From positions 186,001-250,000 of IMG/VR virus record IMGVR_UViG_3300037086_000360: a stretch of 64,000 nucleotides of DNA; one strand, given 5' to 3'. The translations under genes and the position numbers were made by a program. The notes beneath the pieces were generated by a model. That model was not told the DNA's origin and made no database searches. It saw only the letters and a list, made by a program, of their open reading frames with translations. Below are positions 27,800 to 37,298 of this stretch, piece by piece (position 1 is the first letter of the stretch; each line of letters opens with the position of its first letter).

Positions 27800-28687
27800 A
27801 TGAAGAGTTTGAAGCAACTGAATGAGAAGCTTCTTCAAAAGAGAGTCCTTTTGGAAGATGGTGATGCTCCTCCTAAGATTATTCAAGAGCTCTTGTTCAA
27901 AATCTCTTATGTAAATCCATTTATTTCAAATCTTCTCAGTAGTTCCCATACTGATTGGTATGAAGAACCTGGTATAGAAACTGCTGGAGTCACTGTCAGA
28001 TTTGGCAAGATCCATTTCTTCTACAATCCTGAATTTATAGCTTCACTGTCTGAACCAGAACTCGTTTTTTTGTTGTTGCATGAACTCTATCACATTTTTA
28101 AGCAACACACCATCAGAGGAAAAATGGCTGGTGGTGATCCAGAAAAGGCCCACTTATTCAATGTTGCAGCCGACGCGATCATCAACGATGAAGTTGAAAA
28201 AGATGGTGGTCCAGGTGGAAGACCAATAAAAGTAATTGATCACGCTTGGTTCATCAAACCTCGTGGTACTTCTGGACAATATGGAAGTGTAGAAAAAGAA
28301 TTTCAAAACGATCCAAAAGATGACTATAAGGGACAGGAACTTACTGAAGAACTTTACAAATGGATGTTGGATCGAAAGAAAAACTATGCACCACCTCCAC
28401 CTAAGCCTGGTAGTGGAAAGGGCAATCCTTATGTTCCAAAAGTTGGTGATGTGGTTTGGAACGAAAAAACTCAAGAATATGGAAAAGTATCTTCAATCGC
28501 TGGCAAGAAGATTTCTGTAGAGACCATGACAGAAAAAGAAGCTGAAGCCGCATTGAAGGCCAAACAAGGAACGCAAACTTCTAGTCCTGTTGGACAAACA
28601 ACTTCATTTTCTCAAAATCCTGCTCAACTGAGCCATCTTGAACAAGAAATGGCCAAAATGCAGCAATCAAAAGCTGGAAAGAAATAA
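27800..28687 (+). CDS. Putative metallopeptidase (DUF2201 N-terminal-like)
   Basis: TAGV, YNPEF, LLHELYH (HExxH), FNVAADAIIN. Confidence 0.85.
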   Translation: MKSLKQLNEKLLQKRVLLEDGDAPPKIIQELLFKISYVNPFISNLLSSSHTDWYEEPGIETAGVTVRFGKIHFFYNPEFIASLSEPELVFLLLHELYHIFKQHTIRGKMAGGDPEKAHLFNVAADAIINDEVEKDGGPGGRPIKVIDHAWFIKPRGTSGQYGSVEKEFQNDPKDDYKGQELTEELYKWMLDRKKNYAPPPPKPGSGKGNPYVPKVGDVVWNEKTQEYGKVSSIAGKKISVETMTEKEAEAALKAKQGTQTSSPVGQTTSFSQNPAQLSHLEQEMAKMQQSKAGKK

Positions 28688-28688
28688 T

Positions 28689-30212
28689 ATGGGCCTAGAG
28701 TTTTTAGACCGTCTTTCAAAAGAAATTGTCGAACAAGTAAAGACAGCAACCTGGGATCAGCCCGATGTTCTTCCTGTTGGACTACCCCCACCATCTGGCG
28801 GTCAGCCTGGAAAACCAGGCGGTCAAAAAGGAAAAATAATAGGCAAGCAACCACCCCCTCCTCCAGGTGGAAAACCAGGACAACCTCAACCATCACAACC
28901 GCCTCAACCAGGTGGAAAACCACCAAAGGGCGGAGAACCTCAGGGTTCTCCATCTCCAGGAGATAAAAAGGGCGGAGAACTTACTAAGGGCAAAGATGCT
29001 ATTGGAGATTTTGAGAATAAGGGAAAAGAAGGCAAGAAACCAGTTGCTGGAAAAGAGGGTGAGAGCACGAAGGGAAAAGAGAAGATGGAAACTGGTGAGG
29101 GAGAAGATGAGGGGAATAAAAAAGACTCTGATAAAAACAATGGAAAAGAGTGGATGGATGATCATTCCAAGTTGGCAGACAGTGATGGAAGTGCTAAGGG
29201 TTTGATTGAGAGAGCTTATAGAGAAGTCGAAGCAGATATGAAGAAAATAGAGGCTCGTTCTACTATGGCTGGAAAAGAATCTGGTGGTTTTTTTGCTCGT
29301 CTGAAAGAGTTCATGAAAGAAGAGTTTGACATCTCTCAAATCTTAGATAGACTTAGAGAGTATAAGATCGAAATCAACAAGCATATCAAAAAGAGAGAAA
29401 CCTATCAAGCTGGAGTTTTTAATCCAGTAACTCATAGTGGAAGCATTCTCGCTCCAGGATCTCCTAAGCTCCCTATTTATGAGAAAAATGCTGCTATTTT
29501 GATTTTTGCTCTTGACACATCAGGATCTATCACCGCTGAAGATTGGTCTTCAGCACTTGGATATATGAACAGCATCGCTCGCCAATTTGAAGAACAAGAA
29601 CATGGAATCAAGGGCAAAGTCTATTACATAAACTGGGACACTGAAGTCCATCCACCAATCAGAAAGTGGAACTATATGACTGAGTTGAAGCCTAAAAAAG
29701 AAATGACACCAGAAGAAAGAGAACAAATGGCAGTCATGGGAATGGGTGGAACCGACATTCAGTCTCTCTTTGATTTCCTTGATGAACACTTTGTCAGAGT
29801 GGTTGATGGAAAGCCATATTTCGTTTGGTCCGAGAAGATGGCACCGTTCATTTCAGATCCAAAAGAAAGATCGAAGGCGGCCAAAGAAAAAACTCTTCCG
29901 GACGATTCAGTTCAAGTAGAAATCGAACCACCAGATCCAAAGAACTATAAATATCGTGTTGGTGAGTATAAGAAGGAAATGTCGGATAAGGCAAAGCAGG
30001 GAAAACTTCAATTGGATGTTGGCGGAGTTCAACCGGTTCCATATCTTCTTATCTATACTGATGGTTTCTTTGGAAAACCAGATGTAGCAAAAAGCAAACT
30101 CTTCGGCAGAGAGCCTGGAAACATTCTCTATATCATTACAAGCAGGGCTGGAATCGCCAACATCAATCCACCAAACTACGTGTATCACAACCTCCATAAC
30201 GATAAACTCTAG
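28689..30212 (+). CDS. VWA-like domain protein (DUF2201 C-terminal-like) with Pro/Gly/Lys-rich linker
   Basis: MDDHS, LDTSGSI, WDTEV, GMGGTD, YTDGF. Confidence 0.85.
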   Translation: MGLEFLDRLSKEIVEQVKTATWDQPDVLPVGLPPPSGGQPGKPGGQKGKIIGKQPPPPPGGKPGQPQPSQPPQPGGKPPKGGEPQGSPSPGDKKGGELTKGKDAIGDFENKGKEGKKPVAGKEGESTKGKEKMETGEGEDEGNKKDSDKNNGKEWMDDHSKLADSDGSAKGLIERAYREVEADMKKIEARSTMAGKESGGFFARLKEFMKEEFDISQILDRLREYKIEINKHIKKRETYQAGVFNPVTHSGSILAPGSPKLPIYEKNAAILIFALDTSGSITAEDWSSALGYMNSIARQFEEQEHGIKGKVYYINWDTEVHPPIRKWNYMTELKPKKEMTPEEREQMAVMGMGGTDIQSLFDFLDEHFVRVVDGKPYFVWSEKMAPFISDPKERSKAAKEKTLPDDSVQVEIEPPDPKNYKYRVGEYKKEMSDKAKQGKLQLDVGGVQPVPYLLIYTDGFFGKPDVAKSKLFGREPGNILYIITSRAGIANINPPNYVYHNLHNDKL

Positions 30213-30220
30213 GAGTTGGG

Positions 30221-30622
30221 ATGGCTGAGAAGATCTATGCCCATGAATACATGCTTTTAGATCTCGCCCGCGCATCTCAGTGGCACTGGTCCCTTTTTAG
30301 CACACTTGCTAGTGGTTCTCTCACCGCAAAATCGTACATCTATAAATGCAGGGGTCTTCTTCAAATTCAAAGAGCATCGTCTGTCATGCATTTCCTGCAT
30401 GGATCCGATATTAATTCAAATGCAGCTGGTTTAAGACTTGAAGGATTCAAATTTCTTCTCAAACATTTTCCAAAGGATCCAGTGATTCAGAAAATGAAAC
30501 TAGAATTGTTTGACTCCATCTTTGGTGATGGATCAACTTATCGAATGGTTCTCGCTCGAGCCAAGGGGTATGGTGGAAGAAACAAGAGTGTCTTTGACAG
30601 CTCTGAGTTTGACCTAGCATAA
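30221..30622 (+). CDS. Hypothetical protein
   Basis: AGGAG RBS. Confidence 0.55.
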   Translation: MAEKIYAHEYMLLDLARASQWHWSLFSTLASGSLTAKSYIYKCRGLLQIQRASSVMHFLHGSDINSNAAGLRLEGFKFLLKHFPKDPVIQKMKLELFDSIFGDGSTYRMVLARAKGYGGRNKSVFDSSEFDLA

Positions 30623-30803
30623 TTTTTAGTATGAGATGTCTCGAACCTGCATGTAAAACCCCAGCCAGAAAAGACAGCAACTATTGTGATCAACATCATC
30701 CCACCAGATGGGTTCGTAATAAAAGAACTGGTGAACTCACCAGACCTTGGCACAAGAAACAGTTGATTTTAGAGGTGATAGAGGGAAGAGGTATAATTGA
30801 TTC

Positions 30804-31049
30804 ATGATAGTAAAAGATGCTCTCAGGTCCTATAAGCACATTCAAGGACTCTTCACTCAGGATGTTGGAGTGAGACGCGAAGATCTTCCCAAGGAAATCA
30901 ATGGCGTCAAAGTGGAAACACTCAATCCGGTGGAATTTCCTGATGAATCCCTTCAAACTCGGATTCAGATGGTGGCCAAGGAAACCGTTCACAGTCCGGT
31001 CCAGTTCGACAAGAACTTAGGAACTAAAATCAACATTCTCGTTCAGTAA
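30804..31049 (+). CDS. Hypothetical protein
   Basis: ORF downstream of TTTAGA-N18-TATAAT. Confidence 0.5.
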   Translation: MIVKDALRSYKHIQGLFTQDVGVRREDLPKEINGVKVETLNPVEFPDESLQTRIQMVAKETVHSPVQFDKNLGTKINILVQ

Positions 31050-31063
31050 GCATAGTTCTCTAT

Positions 31064-31360
31064 ATGGACAACACCCAAAAGCAGGCATTGCTGGCGAAGT
31101 ACCACTTGATGTTCGATAGGCCTTCTATCGACGGGTTCTTGCTTTTTTCCATGGCACAAGCCAAGGAAGAAAATGGAAAGTTGAAAGTGTATTTGCCTCG
31201 AGCAAAAAAGCTTTTCATGGTGATGGTGAGATACTTTCCAACCGATAAGTTGAAGAAGTATTTTCCACGGTCTTGGAAAAACTCCAAGAGTAATCGATCC
31301 ATCTTCCTCGAGAGATGTGAACAGTATTTTGAAGCCAAAACTATAAGGAGACGTCGTTGA
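31064..31360 (+). CDS. Hypothetical protein
   Basis: ORF 14 nt after a GCATA motif. Confidence 0.55.
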   Translation: MDNTQKQALLAKYHLMFDRPSIDGFLLFSMAQAKEENGKLKVYLPRAKKLFMVMVRYFPTDKLKKYFPRSWKNSKSNRSIFLERCEQYFEAKTIRRRR

Positions 31361-31710
31361 AAGTTTTGATCTTCGAGGATGATGCTGAGAGGATAAAAAC
31401 CTTTCAGAGAATTCTCAAAAATCACGACCTTTACTTTTTCGACAAAGTAGATGAGGCCAAGAAAGCATTTGATCTTCTTGGCCCCTTTGATTTTATTTTC
31501 CTCGATCATGATATGGACGGAAAAGTCTTTGTCCCATCAGAGGAAGAGAACACTGGCTATCAGCTCGCCAAACACATTGCTAAAATGGGAACGAAGGCAG
31601 AGATTGTTGTCCATAGTATGAACATGCCCGGAGTTGAGAAAATATTGGGCGTCTTGCCACAGGCAAAGAATGTCTCATTTCCTATTCTCATCCAACATCT
31701 CAAAGGATGA
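31357..31710 (+). CDS. Stand-alone receiver-fold protein (cyclic-phosphate-processing receiver-like)
   Basis: LIFEDD, IFLDHDM, TGYQLA, VVHSMN pattern. Confidence 0.75.
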   Translation: MKVLIFEDDAERIKTFQRILKNHDLYFFDKVDEAKKAFDLLGPFDFIFLDHDMDGKVFVPSEEENTGYQLAKHIAKMGTKAEIVVHSMNMPGVEKILGVLPQAKNVSFPILIQHLKG

Positions 31711-32090
31711 AAATGGAACCCGATAAAAAGGCAAAAATACTTCTGGAATACGGAAGTATGATTGTATATCTCAGAGAAAAACTCATTGATGTTGGAATCG
31801 ACGATTCAGAAGTTGAAGAACGCCTTACGACTTCTTTCTTTGATTTCATAGAACCAGAACAGGTGAGAGAGTCATACGATTCTGAAGAGCTTTCAGGTGA
31901 TCCAGAAGAAGCCACCTATGAAACATGGCATGATGCCTGGGAAGATAACAGTGATCCTCTTTGTCATAGACTTGCTGAAGAATACTCTCTAATGGTTTTC
32001 GACAGTGATGGAGACATGGAAGATGAATTAGTAAAATACATCATGAAGGTGGCTGTTGGTATTTCTGTGGATGGTGGTCCAAATGAATGA
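31707..32090 (+). CDS. Acidic hypothetical protein
   Basis: Coupled ORF. Confidence 0.6.
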   Translation: MKMEPDKKAKILLEYGSMIVYLREKLIDVGIDDSEVEERLTTSFFDFIEPEQVRESYDSEELSGDPEEATYETWHDAWEDNSDPLCHRLAEEYSLMVFDSDGDMEDELVKYIMKVAVGISVDGGPNE

Positions 32091-32794
32091 AGATAACTCT
32101 ACAAGACCTCATCAATCACGCAAAATCCTCTGACATAAAATGGCTCTATGAGATCAAGACTGTAAGTTGGCTCAAGGGGCTTCTCAACAATAAACTTGAC
32201 GAAGTCACAATCAGATTTCTTTGGAACAGAAATGACATTCATTGGGACATCGTCAGATACCAAAAGATTCCTTCTGACATGGTAAAAGATTTATTTGAAG
32301 ATTATATGGGCATGAGAAAGAAGAAGGGTGTCAATGCTGCCACTTTCAAACAAGCTATAGTCAGTCAAAATATAACTCCAGAGATTGTCAAGCTGACCGA
32401 AGACGTCAATAATTTTCCCAATGAAGCCTACTTCATGTTATGGAGTACTATTCCTGAAAAAATGGTTAAGATGGCCGACATCACAACTTTCATCAATAAC
32501 ATCAGTGATGTCACATATAAGGATTTTGGTTTCTATGTAAAGGAATCTCTCATAGCTCTTGTGAGAGAAGTTCCAGAGACCATGGTCACTGTGATGGAAA
32601 AGGTACTGGTTTCGAAAGATTTGTGTGAAGAAATCATTCCAACTCTTGGTAAGTTAGTGTTCTTCGATGATGAGACTATAGAACTCATTCGTCAAACAGT
32701 TGGAGTCATGACGTTTTATACATTCATGGAGCATCTCATTAGCAGAGACCATTGTTCTGTGAGTGCAAAAGCAAAATATCTTCTGAGTAAATAG
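32087..32794 (+). CDS. Hypothetical protein (C-terminal AKYLL)
   Basis: 235-aa coupled ORF. Confidence 0.65.
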   Translation: MKITLQDLINHAKSSDIKWLYEIKTVSWLKGLLNNKLDEVTIRFLWNRNDIHWDIVRYQKIPSDMVKDLFEDYMGMRKKKGVNAATFKQAIVSQNITPEIVKLTEDVNNFPNEAYFMLWSTIPEKMVKMADITTFINNISDVTYKDFGFYVKESLIALVREVPETMVTVMEKVLVSKDLCEEIIPTLGKLVFFDDETIELIRQTVGVMTFYTFMEHLISRDHCSVSAKAKYLLSK

Positions 32795-33085
32795 ATGAGT
32801 GTATTGAAAGTTATTGGTGAAGCATTGGAAAATAGATGGTTTGAAGTTCCTGAAAAAGATGGAATAGTATATGTTCGTCTTTCTGTAATCAACGACTATC
32901 TTGGAAGAGAAAAAATCACCTATTTCAGTGTTGCGTTTGATAAAGATCATAAGTTGTTTATGCCTCTGTTTTATAGAGGTCATGATTTTGAATACTTCGC
33001 ACAATTCAACGAAGTAGAAGATCAAGAGTTAGTTGTACAATTCACAGCCTTTGAAGCCAAATATTTACTTGGAGGAAAAGAATGA
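32795..33085 (+). CDS. Hypothetical protein (C-terminal EAKYLL)
   Basis: Paralog-like to 33082-33423 (N-terminal LxxIxEALxxxWF). Confidence 0.65.
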   Translation: MSVLKVIGEALENRWFEVPEKDGIVYVRLSVINDYLGREKITYFSVAFDKDHKLFMPLFYRGHDFEYFAQFNEVEDQELVVQFTAFEAKYLLGGKE

Positions 33086-33423
33086 CCACCGCTTTGGATC
33101 TAATATATGAAGCATTAAAAGACAAGTGGTTTGCTTCTAGGGCAGTTGATTTCTATTATGACATCTATCATGATCCAAAAAAAACTAAGATCTACCAAAG
33201 AGTTGAAATGGATTCAGACAAGAGTCTTCGATGGGTCTTTATCGTTGTAAATAAAACTGGACTAAACTCAGAAGTCTCGTCTTCATATGAAGATTTTACT
33301 TCTGATGAAACAGCCGATAAGCTTAGAGAAGTGAAAGATGACAGAATGATTAGAAAGCTTACAGCAATAGAAGCTCTTTATGCACTGAGTGAAGAAGATG
33401 AAGACGATGATGACTGCGTGTAG
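33082..33423 (+). CDS. Hypothetical protein
   Basis: GGAGG RBS; paralog-like to the preceding gene. Confidence 0.65.
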   Translation: MTTALDLIYEALKDKWFASRAVDFYYDIYHDPKKTKIYQRVEMDSDKSLRWVFIVVNKTGLNSEVSSSYEDFTSDETADKLREVKDDRMIRKLTAIEALYALSEEDEDDDDCV

Positions 33424-33427
33424 TCAT

Positions 33428-33456
33428 TTTAGAGAGTATATTTTTTGTAGTACAAT
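33428..33456 (+). promoter_or_regulatory. Sigma70-like promoter
   Basis: TTTAGA-N17-TACAAT; same architecture at 35013-35041 and 30768-30797. Confidence 0.5.
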
Positions 33457-33474
33457 GATTATGGAGGAAGAACC

Positions 33475-33816
33475 ATGCGAATACTCGGTTCTGACAACGA
33501 CGGAGTGACCGACATCAGCCTAGAAGCTCTCGAAGCATTTCATGAAAAGGGCAAGGAGCTTGTGGCAGTTGGAATCCATAGCGATTCAACAAGTGAAGTA
33601 GTTTGTACTTTCTATTTCAAGAATGATGAGATCTATAACGCTTCTGGATTTTCCATCGGCTACAGTGGAACTGGACCTCATGGACTCTACAAAGCTATCA
33701 AGATGTGGGACCCAAAAATTGGTCCTTTCGAAGACACCAAAATTTCTTCAATGGATACCAACAAGAGTTGGATGTGGTTTCCTATTGGTGGATTCAGAGA
33801 AGCCGAATTCAAGTAG
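33475..33816 (+). CDS. Hypothetical protein (GFSIGYSGTGPHG motif)
   Basis: GGAGG RBS. Confidence 0.65.
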   Translation: MRILGSDNDGVTDISLEALEAFHEKGKELVAVGIHSDSTSEVVCTFYFKNDEIYNASGFSIGYSGTGPHGLYKAIKMWDPKIGPFEDTKISSMDTNKSWMWFPIGGFREAEFK

Positions 33817-33887
33817 GGAGAAAAGAACGTGCATACTTATTTGCATAGTCTTCCAAAACACATTGTTACATTAGGAAGGAGAGGTAA

Positions 33888-34994
33888 ATGCCGATTACGA
33901 TCAAGGAACTAAAAGTCAATCTCAAGCTCGTCCTCAAAAAGGGAACGAAACAGCCTATCACCCCATATATTTGGGGAAAGCCGGGTATCGGAAAGTCGCA
34001 AGCTGTCAAGCAGATCGCCGATGAAATGGGAATTGGTTTCATCGACCTTCGTCTTTCACAGCTTGAATCTTCGGACCTTCGTGGTATCCCTGTTCCTGAT
34101 ATGGTGGCGGGTATCGCTCGTTGGCTTCCGCCCGAATTCATCCCCTTTCAGGGTGTAAAGGTTTACCAAAATACTTCCGGCATTCTCCTTCTCGACGAAT
34201 TGAACCGTGCAAGAACCGACGTTCTTCAGGCCGCCTTCCAGCTTGTTCTCGACCGCCAGGTCGGTATGCACAAGCTCATGGATTCCTGGTACATCGTTGC
34301 CGCCGGCAACCTCGGTATGGAAGACAAGACTGACGTCAATGAGTTCGACTCTGCCCTCAAGAACAGGTTCATCCACTTCACAGTGGATGTCAATCTCGAC
34401 ACTTGGGTGACATGGGCCCAGAAGGCGAATGTTCATCCTGATGTCATCAACTATCTCCAGGGAAAGCCCAATCACCTTTTCTACACGGTGAAGGAAGATG
34501 ACAATGTGTTCGTCACTCCTCGTTCTTGGGAAAAGTTTTCCGACATTCTCAAGCAGAATCCGGATGTCGATCCCAAGGAAATCACCCAGGCCATCGGTTC
34601 CGCAATCATCAATGGTTGTGCCGGCCACTTCATCAAGTACCTCGAGTCCAAGGAGATCATCTCTCCGAAAGACATCATCGACAAATATGACGAGGTGAAA
34701 AACAAGATCAAAGCACTTCAGCGTGATCAGGTTTACCAGCTCAACACCGAGTTGGCTTCCTACATCGTGAAGAGTTTGAATAAGGACGCCAACAAACCTC
34801 GCAGGACCAAGGCCCTCGAGTCCGTCCATCAGTACTGTCATGATCACCTGGAGAAGGACATCTACATCGCGTTCCTCCAGTCTCTCACCAAGTCGTGCAA
34901 TGGAGCTTCTCCGGTGAATGACTTCATGGACCTCTACCTGAAGAAATACATCGAGGATTCCAAACTGGTCATCAGCATCCTCAAGAAGAACTAA
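33888..34994 (+). CDS. MoxR/dynein-related AAA+ ATPase
   Basis: WGKPGIGKS, IDLRLSQ..DLRGIP, LLDELNRA, IVAAGN, ALKNRF, TPRSW. Confidence 0.92.
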   Translation: MPITIKELKVNLKLVLKKGTKQPITPYIWGKPGIGKSQAVKQIADEMGIGFIDLRLSQLESSDLRGIPVPDMVAGIARWLPPEFIPFQGVKVYQNTSGILLLDELNRARTDVLQAAFQLVLDRQVGMHKLMDSWYIVAAGNLGMEDKTDVNEFDSALKNRFIHFTVDVNLDTWVTWAQKANVHPDVINYLQGKPNHLFYTVKEDDNVFVTPRSWEKFSDILKQNPDVDPKEITQAIGSAIINGCAGHFIKYLESKEIISPKDIIDKYDEVKNKIKALQRDQVYQLNTELASYIVKSLNKDANKPRRTKALESVHQYCHDHLEKDIYIAFLQSLTKSCNGASPVNDFMDLYLKKYIEDSKLVISILKKN

Positions 34995-35003
34995 CCTCAA
35001 GCC

Positions 35004-35031
35004 GGGAGGGAGTTTAGAGACTCCCTCCCTT
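35004..35031 (+). terminator. Hairpin/terminator overlapping a sigma70-like promoter
   Basis: GGGAGGGAGT-TTAGAG-ACTCCCTCCC. Confidence 0.55.
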
Positions 35032-35057
35032 GTTGTATAATCTACATAGAGGTATTC

Positions 35058-35423
35058 ATGAAGCCGACAAAGAGATTTTCTCCAACCGATTTTTTCGAGA
35101 CGTATATTGTTGGAGATTCTGCCGACCAAGCAAAAATACTTCTTCTTCTGACAGCGATGAATGAGGAAGAACTTGCAAAGTTTGCTACTAGGATTTCTTC
35201 TTATGTCGTCAAAAGCAAAGATATTGAAGAAACTGAACACGAGAAGTATTCTCTTGTTCTCCATCGATTTTGTGAGGATCTGAACGATTTTTACTTTAAC
35301 AAGCTTTTGCGAGCGCTTATCCAAGCATGTCATTCGTCAAATCCTGTAAATCCATTTGTAGAGCATTATCTTAGCAAGTTTTCTGACGATGCAAAACGAG
35401 TTGTAATGACTCTCAAGGCATAG
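35058..35423 (+). CDS. Hypothetical protein
   Basis: GAGGT RBS. Confidence 0.6.
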   Translation: MKPTKRFSPTDFFETYIVGDSADQAKILLLLTAMNEEELAKFATRISSYVVKSKDIEETEHEKYSLVLHRFCEDLNDFYFNKLLRALIQACHSSNPVNPFVEHYLSKFSDDAKRVVMTLKA

Positions 35424-35442
35424 TTGATATAAAGAGGAAATA

Positions 35443-37254
35443 ATGGCAGTCACCAAAGAACAAATCAAAGAAAACGCCAAGAAGATGATTTCAGTCATCG
35501 ACAAGCTGACTAAGGTCAAGAGGGTCCGTCTCCCGGCTCGCGTTGAAGCAGTGTCGGTGAAGTGGGTTCGTGATGCTCCTTTCTTCTCGGAGTTCTTGAT
35601 GAGGTTCAACTACTTTGAGACTGAAGCAATTCCTACAATGGGAGTTAATTGCGTCAAGGGACGTATCAACCTCTATATCAACACTACGTTTATGAATGGT
35701 GGTGGTGAGTTCTACAAGTTTGACAAAGAAGGCAAACCCATTCTCAAGATGAAGGGTGGAAAACCACTTCTTGACGATCAGGGAAATGTCATCTACGAGA
35801 TGGAGCCTTGGAAGGGTCTCAATGATGACCAGCTTGAGGCAGTTCTTCTTCACGAAATCATGCATCTCATTCGTTGTCACCATGAGAGGACGCTTGAAGA
35901 CCCTTATGTTTTCAACGTCGCTGGGGACATGCTTATCAATGACGATTTGAAAACAATGCAGATCGGAAATCGTAAACCAACACTTCCTGACGGCGCCGTC
36001 TATCTCGACATGGCAAAGAAGGAAGGGTATAAGGATGAGCCCATCACTGAAAAGGTGTATGTGTGGCTCATTGATCAGCGTCAGAAATACATGAATGCAA
36101 TGCAGGACCTGATGAAACAGCAGGGAAAGCAGAGCGGCCAAAAACAGCAGTGTTCTCATTGTGGTGGTTCAGGAAAAGTTGATCAGGAATGCTCTGAGTG
36201 CGGTGGAAAGGGAACTACGAAGCCGAAGTGCCCAACCTGTGGTGGAACTGGCCAGAAGCAACAAAACCAGGGAAATCAGAAGCAGGATGGAAAGGGAAAG
36301 GGCAAAGATCAGAAAGATAAGGGCGACGGAAACCAACAGGGAGAAGGCCAAGGTCAGGGTGATCAGAAACAGGATCAGCAGGGTAGTGGTCAGGGACAGG
36401 GAGATCAGGAAGGTGATGGACAGGGAAGCTCTTGCCCCGACTGCCATGGAACTGGAAAAGACCAGAGCGGACAGGAAGTTCCTTGTCCAAGCTGCGGTGG
36501 AGGCGGTCACGAAGAAGGAAAATGCCCTCACTGTGGCGGAAGCGGCAATCAACGCGGTTCCGACTTGTTTGATGCAATGTACGGTTCCAAGATCGATGAC
36601 CACTCTTCAATGGAACAGAATGATGAACTGACTGAGGCAACTATTAGGGAAATCATCGAAACTGGAAAGATCCGCGGATGGGGCAACATTAGCGGAGAAG
36701 CGGTCGAGAAACTCGAAGAACTGACAAAACCATCCAAGATCTCTTGGAAGCAGATTCTCCGAAGGTATCTCACTGCGGCCATCCATGACGTTGGAAACAT
36801 CTACGAAAACTCTTGGTCCAAGAGAAACAGAAGGCAGCTTCCACTTCCTGGAATCAAGAAGCTCAACAACCGTGTCATCATCGGAATTGATACGTCTGGA
36901 TCCATTGGTAAGAAGGAATTTCAGATGTTCTTCACCGAAGTCGAGAGGATTGTCAAAGACACGTCCAACATCATTCTTCTCCAGTGGGATACGGAAATCA
37001 AAGATGTGAAACTTGGCTACAAGAAGGGCGACTGGAAGAAAATCGCAATCAAGGGCAGAGGAGGCACGGACGTCCAGAAGACTTTCGACTGGATGGTCGA
37101 AGAGAAATACACCACGTATCCACTCATCATGTTTACGGACGGTTATTTTGACCACAACTTCGACACTCGTGCTGTCAAGGTCGTATGGTGTGTCACCCAG
37201 AGCGAGAATAAGATCCCCGGGGGAGACAATATCTACATCGACATAGATGAATAG
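35443..37254 (+). CDS. Metallopeptidase-VWA (DUF2201-like) protein with inserted DnaJ-type zinc-finger repeats
   Basis: TMGV, LLHEIMH, FNVAGDMLIN, six CxxCxGxG repeats, IDDHS, IDTSGSI, GRGGTD, FTDGY. Confidence 0.9.
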   Translation: MAVTKEQIKENAKKMISVIDKLTKVKRVRLPARVEAVSVKWVRDAPFFSEFLMRFNYFETEAIPTMGVNCVKGRINLYINTTFMNGGGEFYKFDKEGKPILKMKGGKPLLDDQGNVIYEMEPWKGLNDDQLEAVLLHEIMHLIRCHHERTLEDPYVFNVAGDMLINDDLKTMQIGNRKPTLPDGAVYLDMAKKEGYKDEPITEKVYVWLIDQRQKYMNAMQDLMKQQGKQSGQKQQCSHCGGSGKVDQECSECGGKGTTKPKCPTCGGTGQKQQNQGNQKQDGKGKGKDQKDKGDGNQQGEGQGQGDQKQDQQGSGQGQGDQEGDGQGSSCPDCHGTGKDQSGQEVPCPSCGGGGHEEGKCPHCGGSGNQRGSDLFDAMYGSKIDDHSSMEQNDELTEATIREIIETGKIRGWGNISGEAVEKLEELTKPSKISWKQILRRYLTAAIHDVGNIYENSWSKRNRRQLPLPGIKKLNNRVIIGIDTSGSIGKKEFQMFFTEVERIVKDTSNIILLQWDTEIKDVKLGYKKGDWKKIAIKGRGGTDVQKTFDWMVEEKYTTYPLIMFTDGYFDHNFDTRAVKVVWCVTQSENKIPGGDNIYIDIDE

Positions 37255-37298
37255 AAGTTAGACTGCGTTGAAAGATAAGGGTATAGGAGAATGAACTC

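Noticed and set aside
28780-28960. Pro/Gly-rich repeats as a collagen-like domain or DNA repeat element
   Set aside because: No sustained Gly-X-Y periodicity; a low-complexity linker typical of DUF2201-like proteins.
34056-35333. 425-aa minus-strand ORF
   Set aside because: Antisense shadow of the well-supported AAA+ ATPase; explained by codon bias; no motifs.
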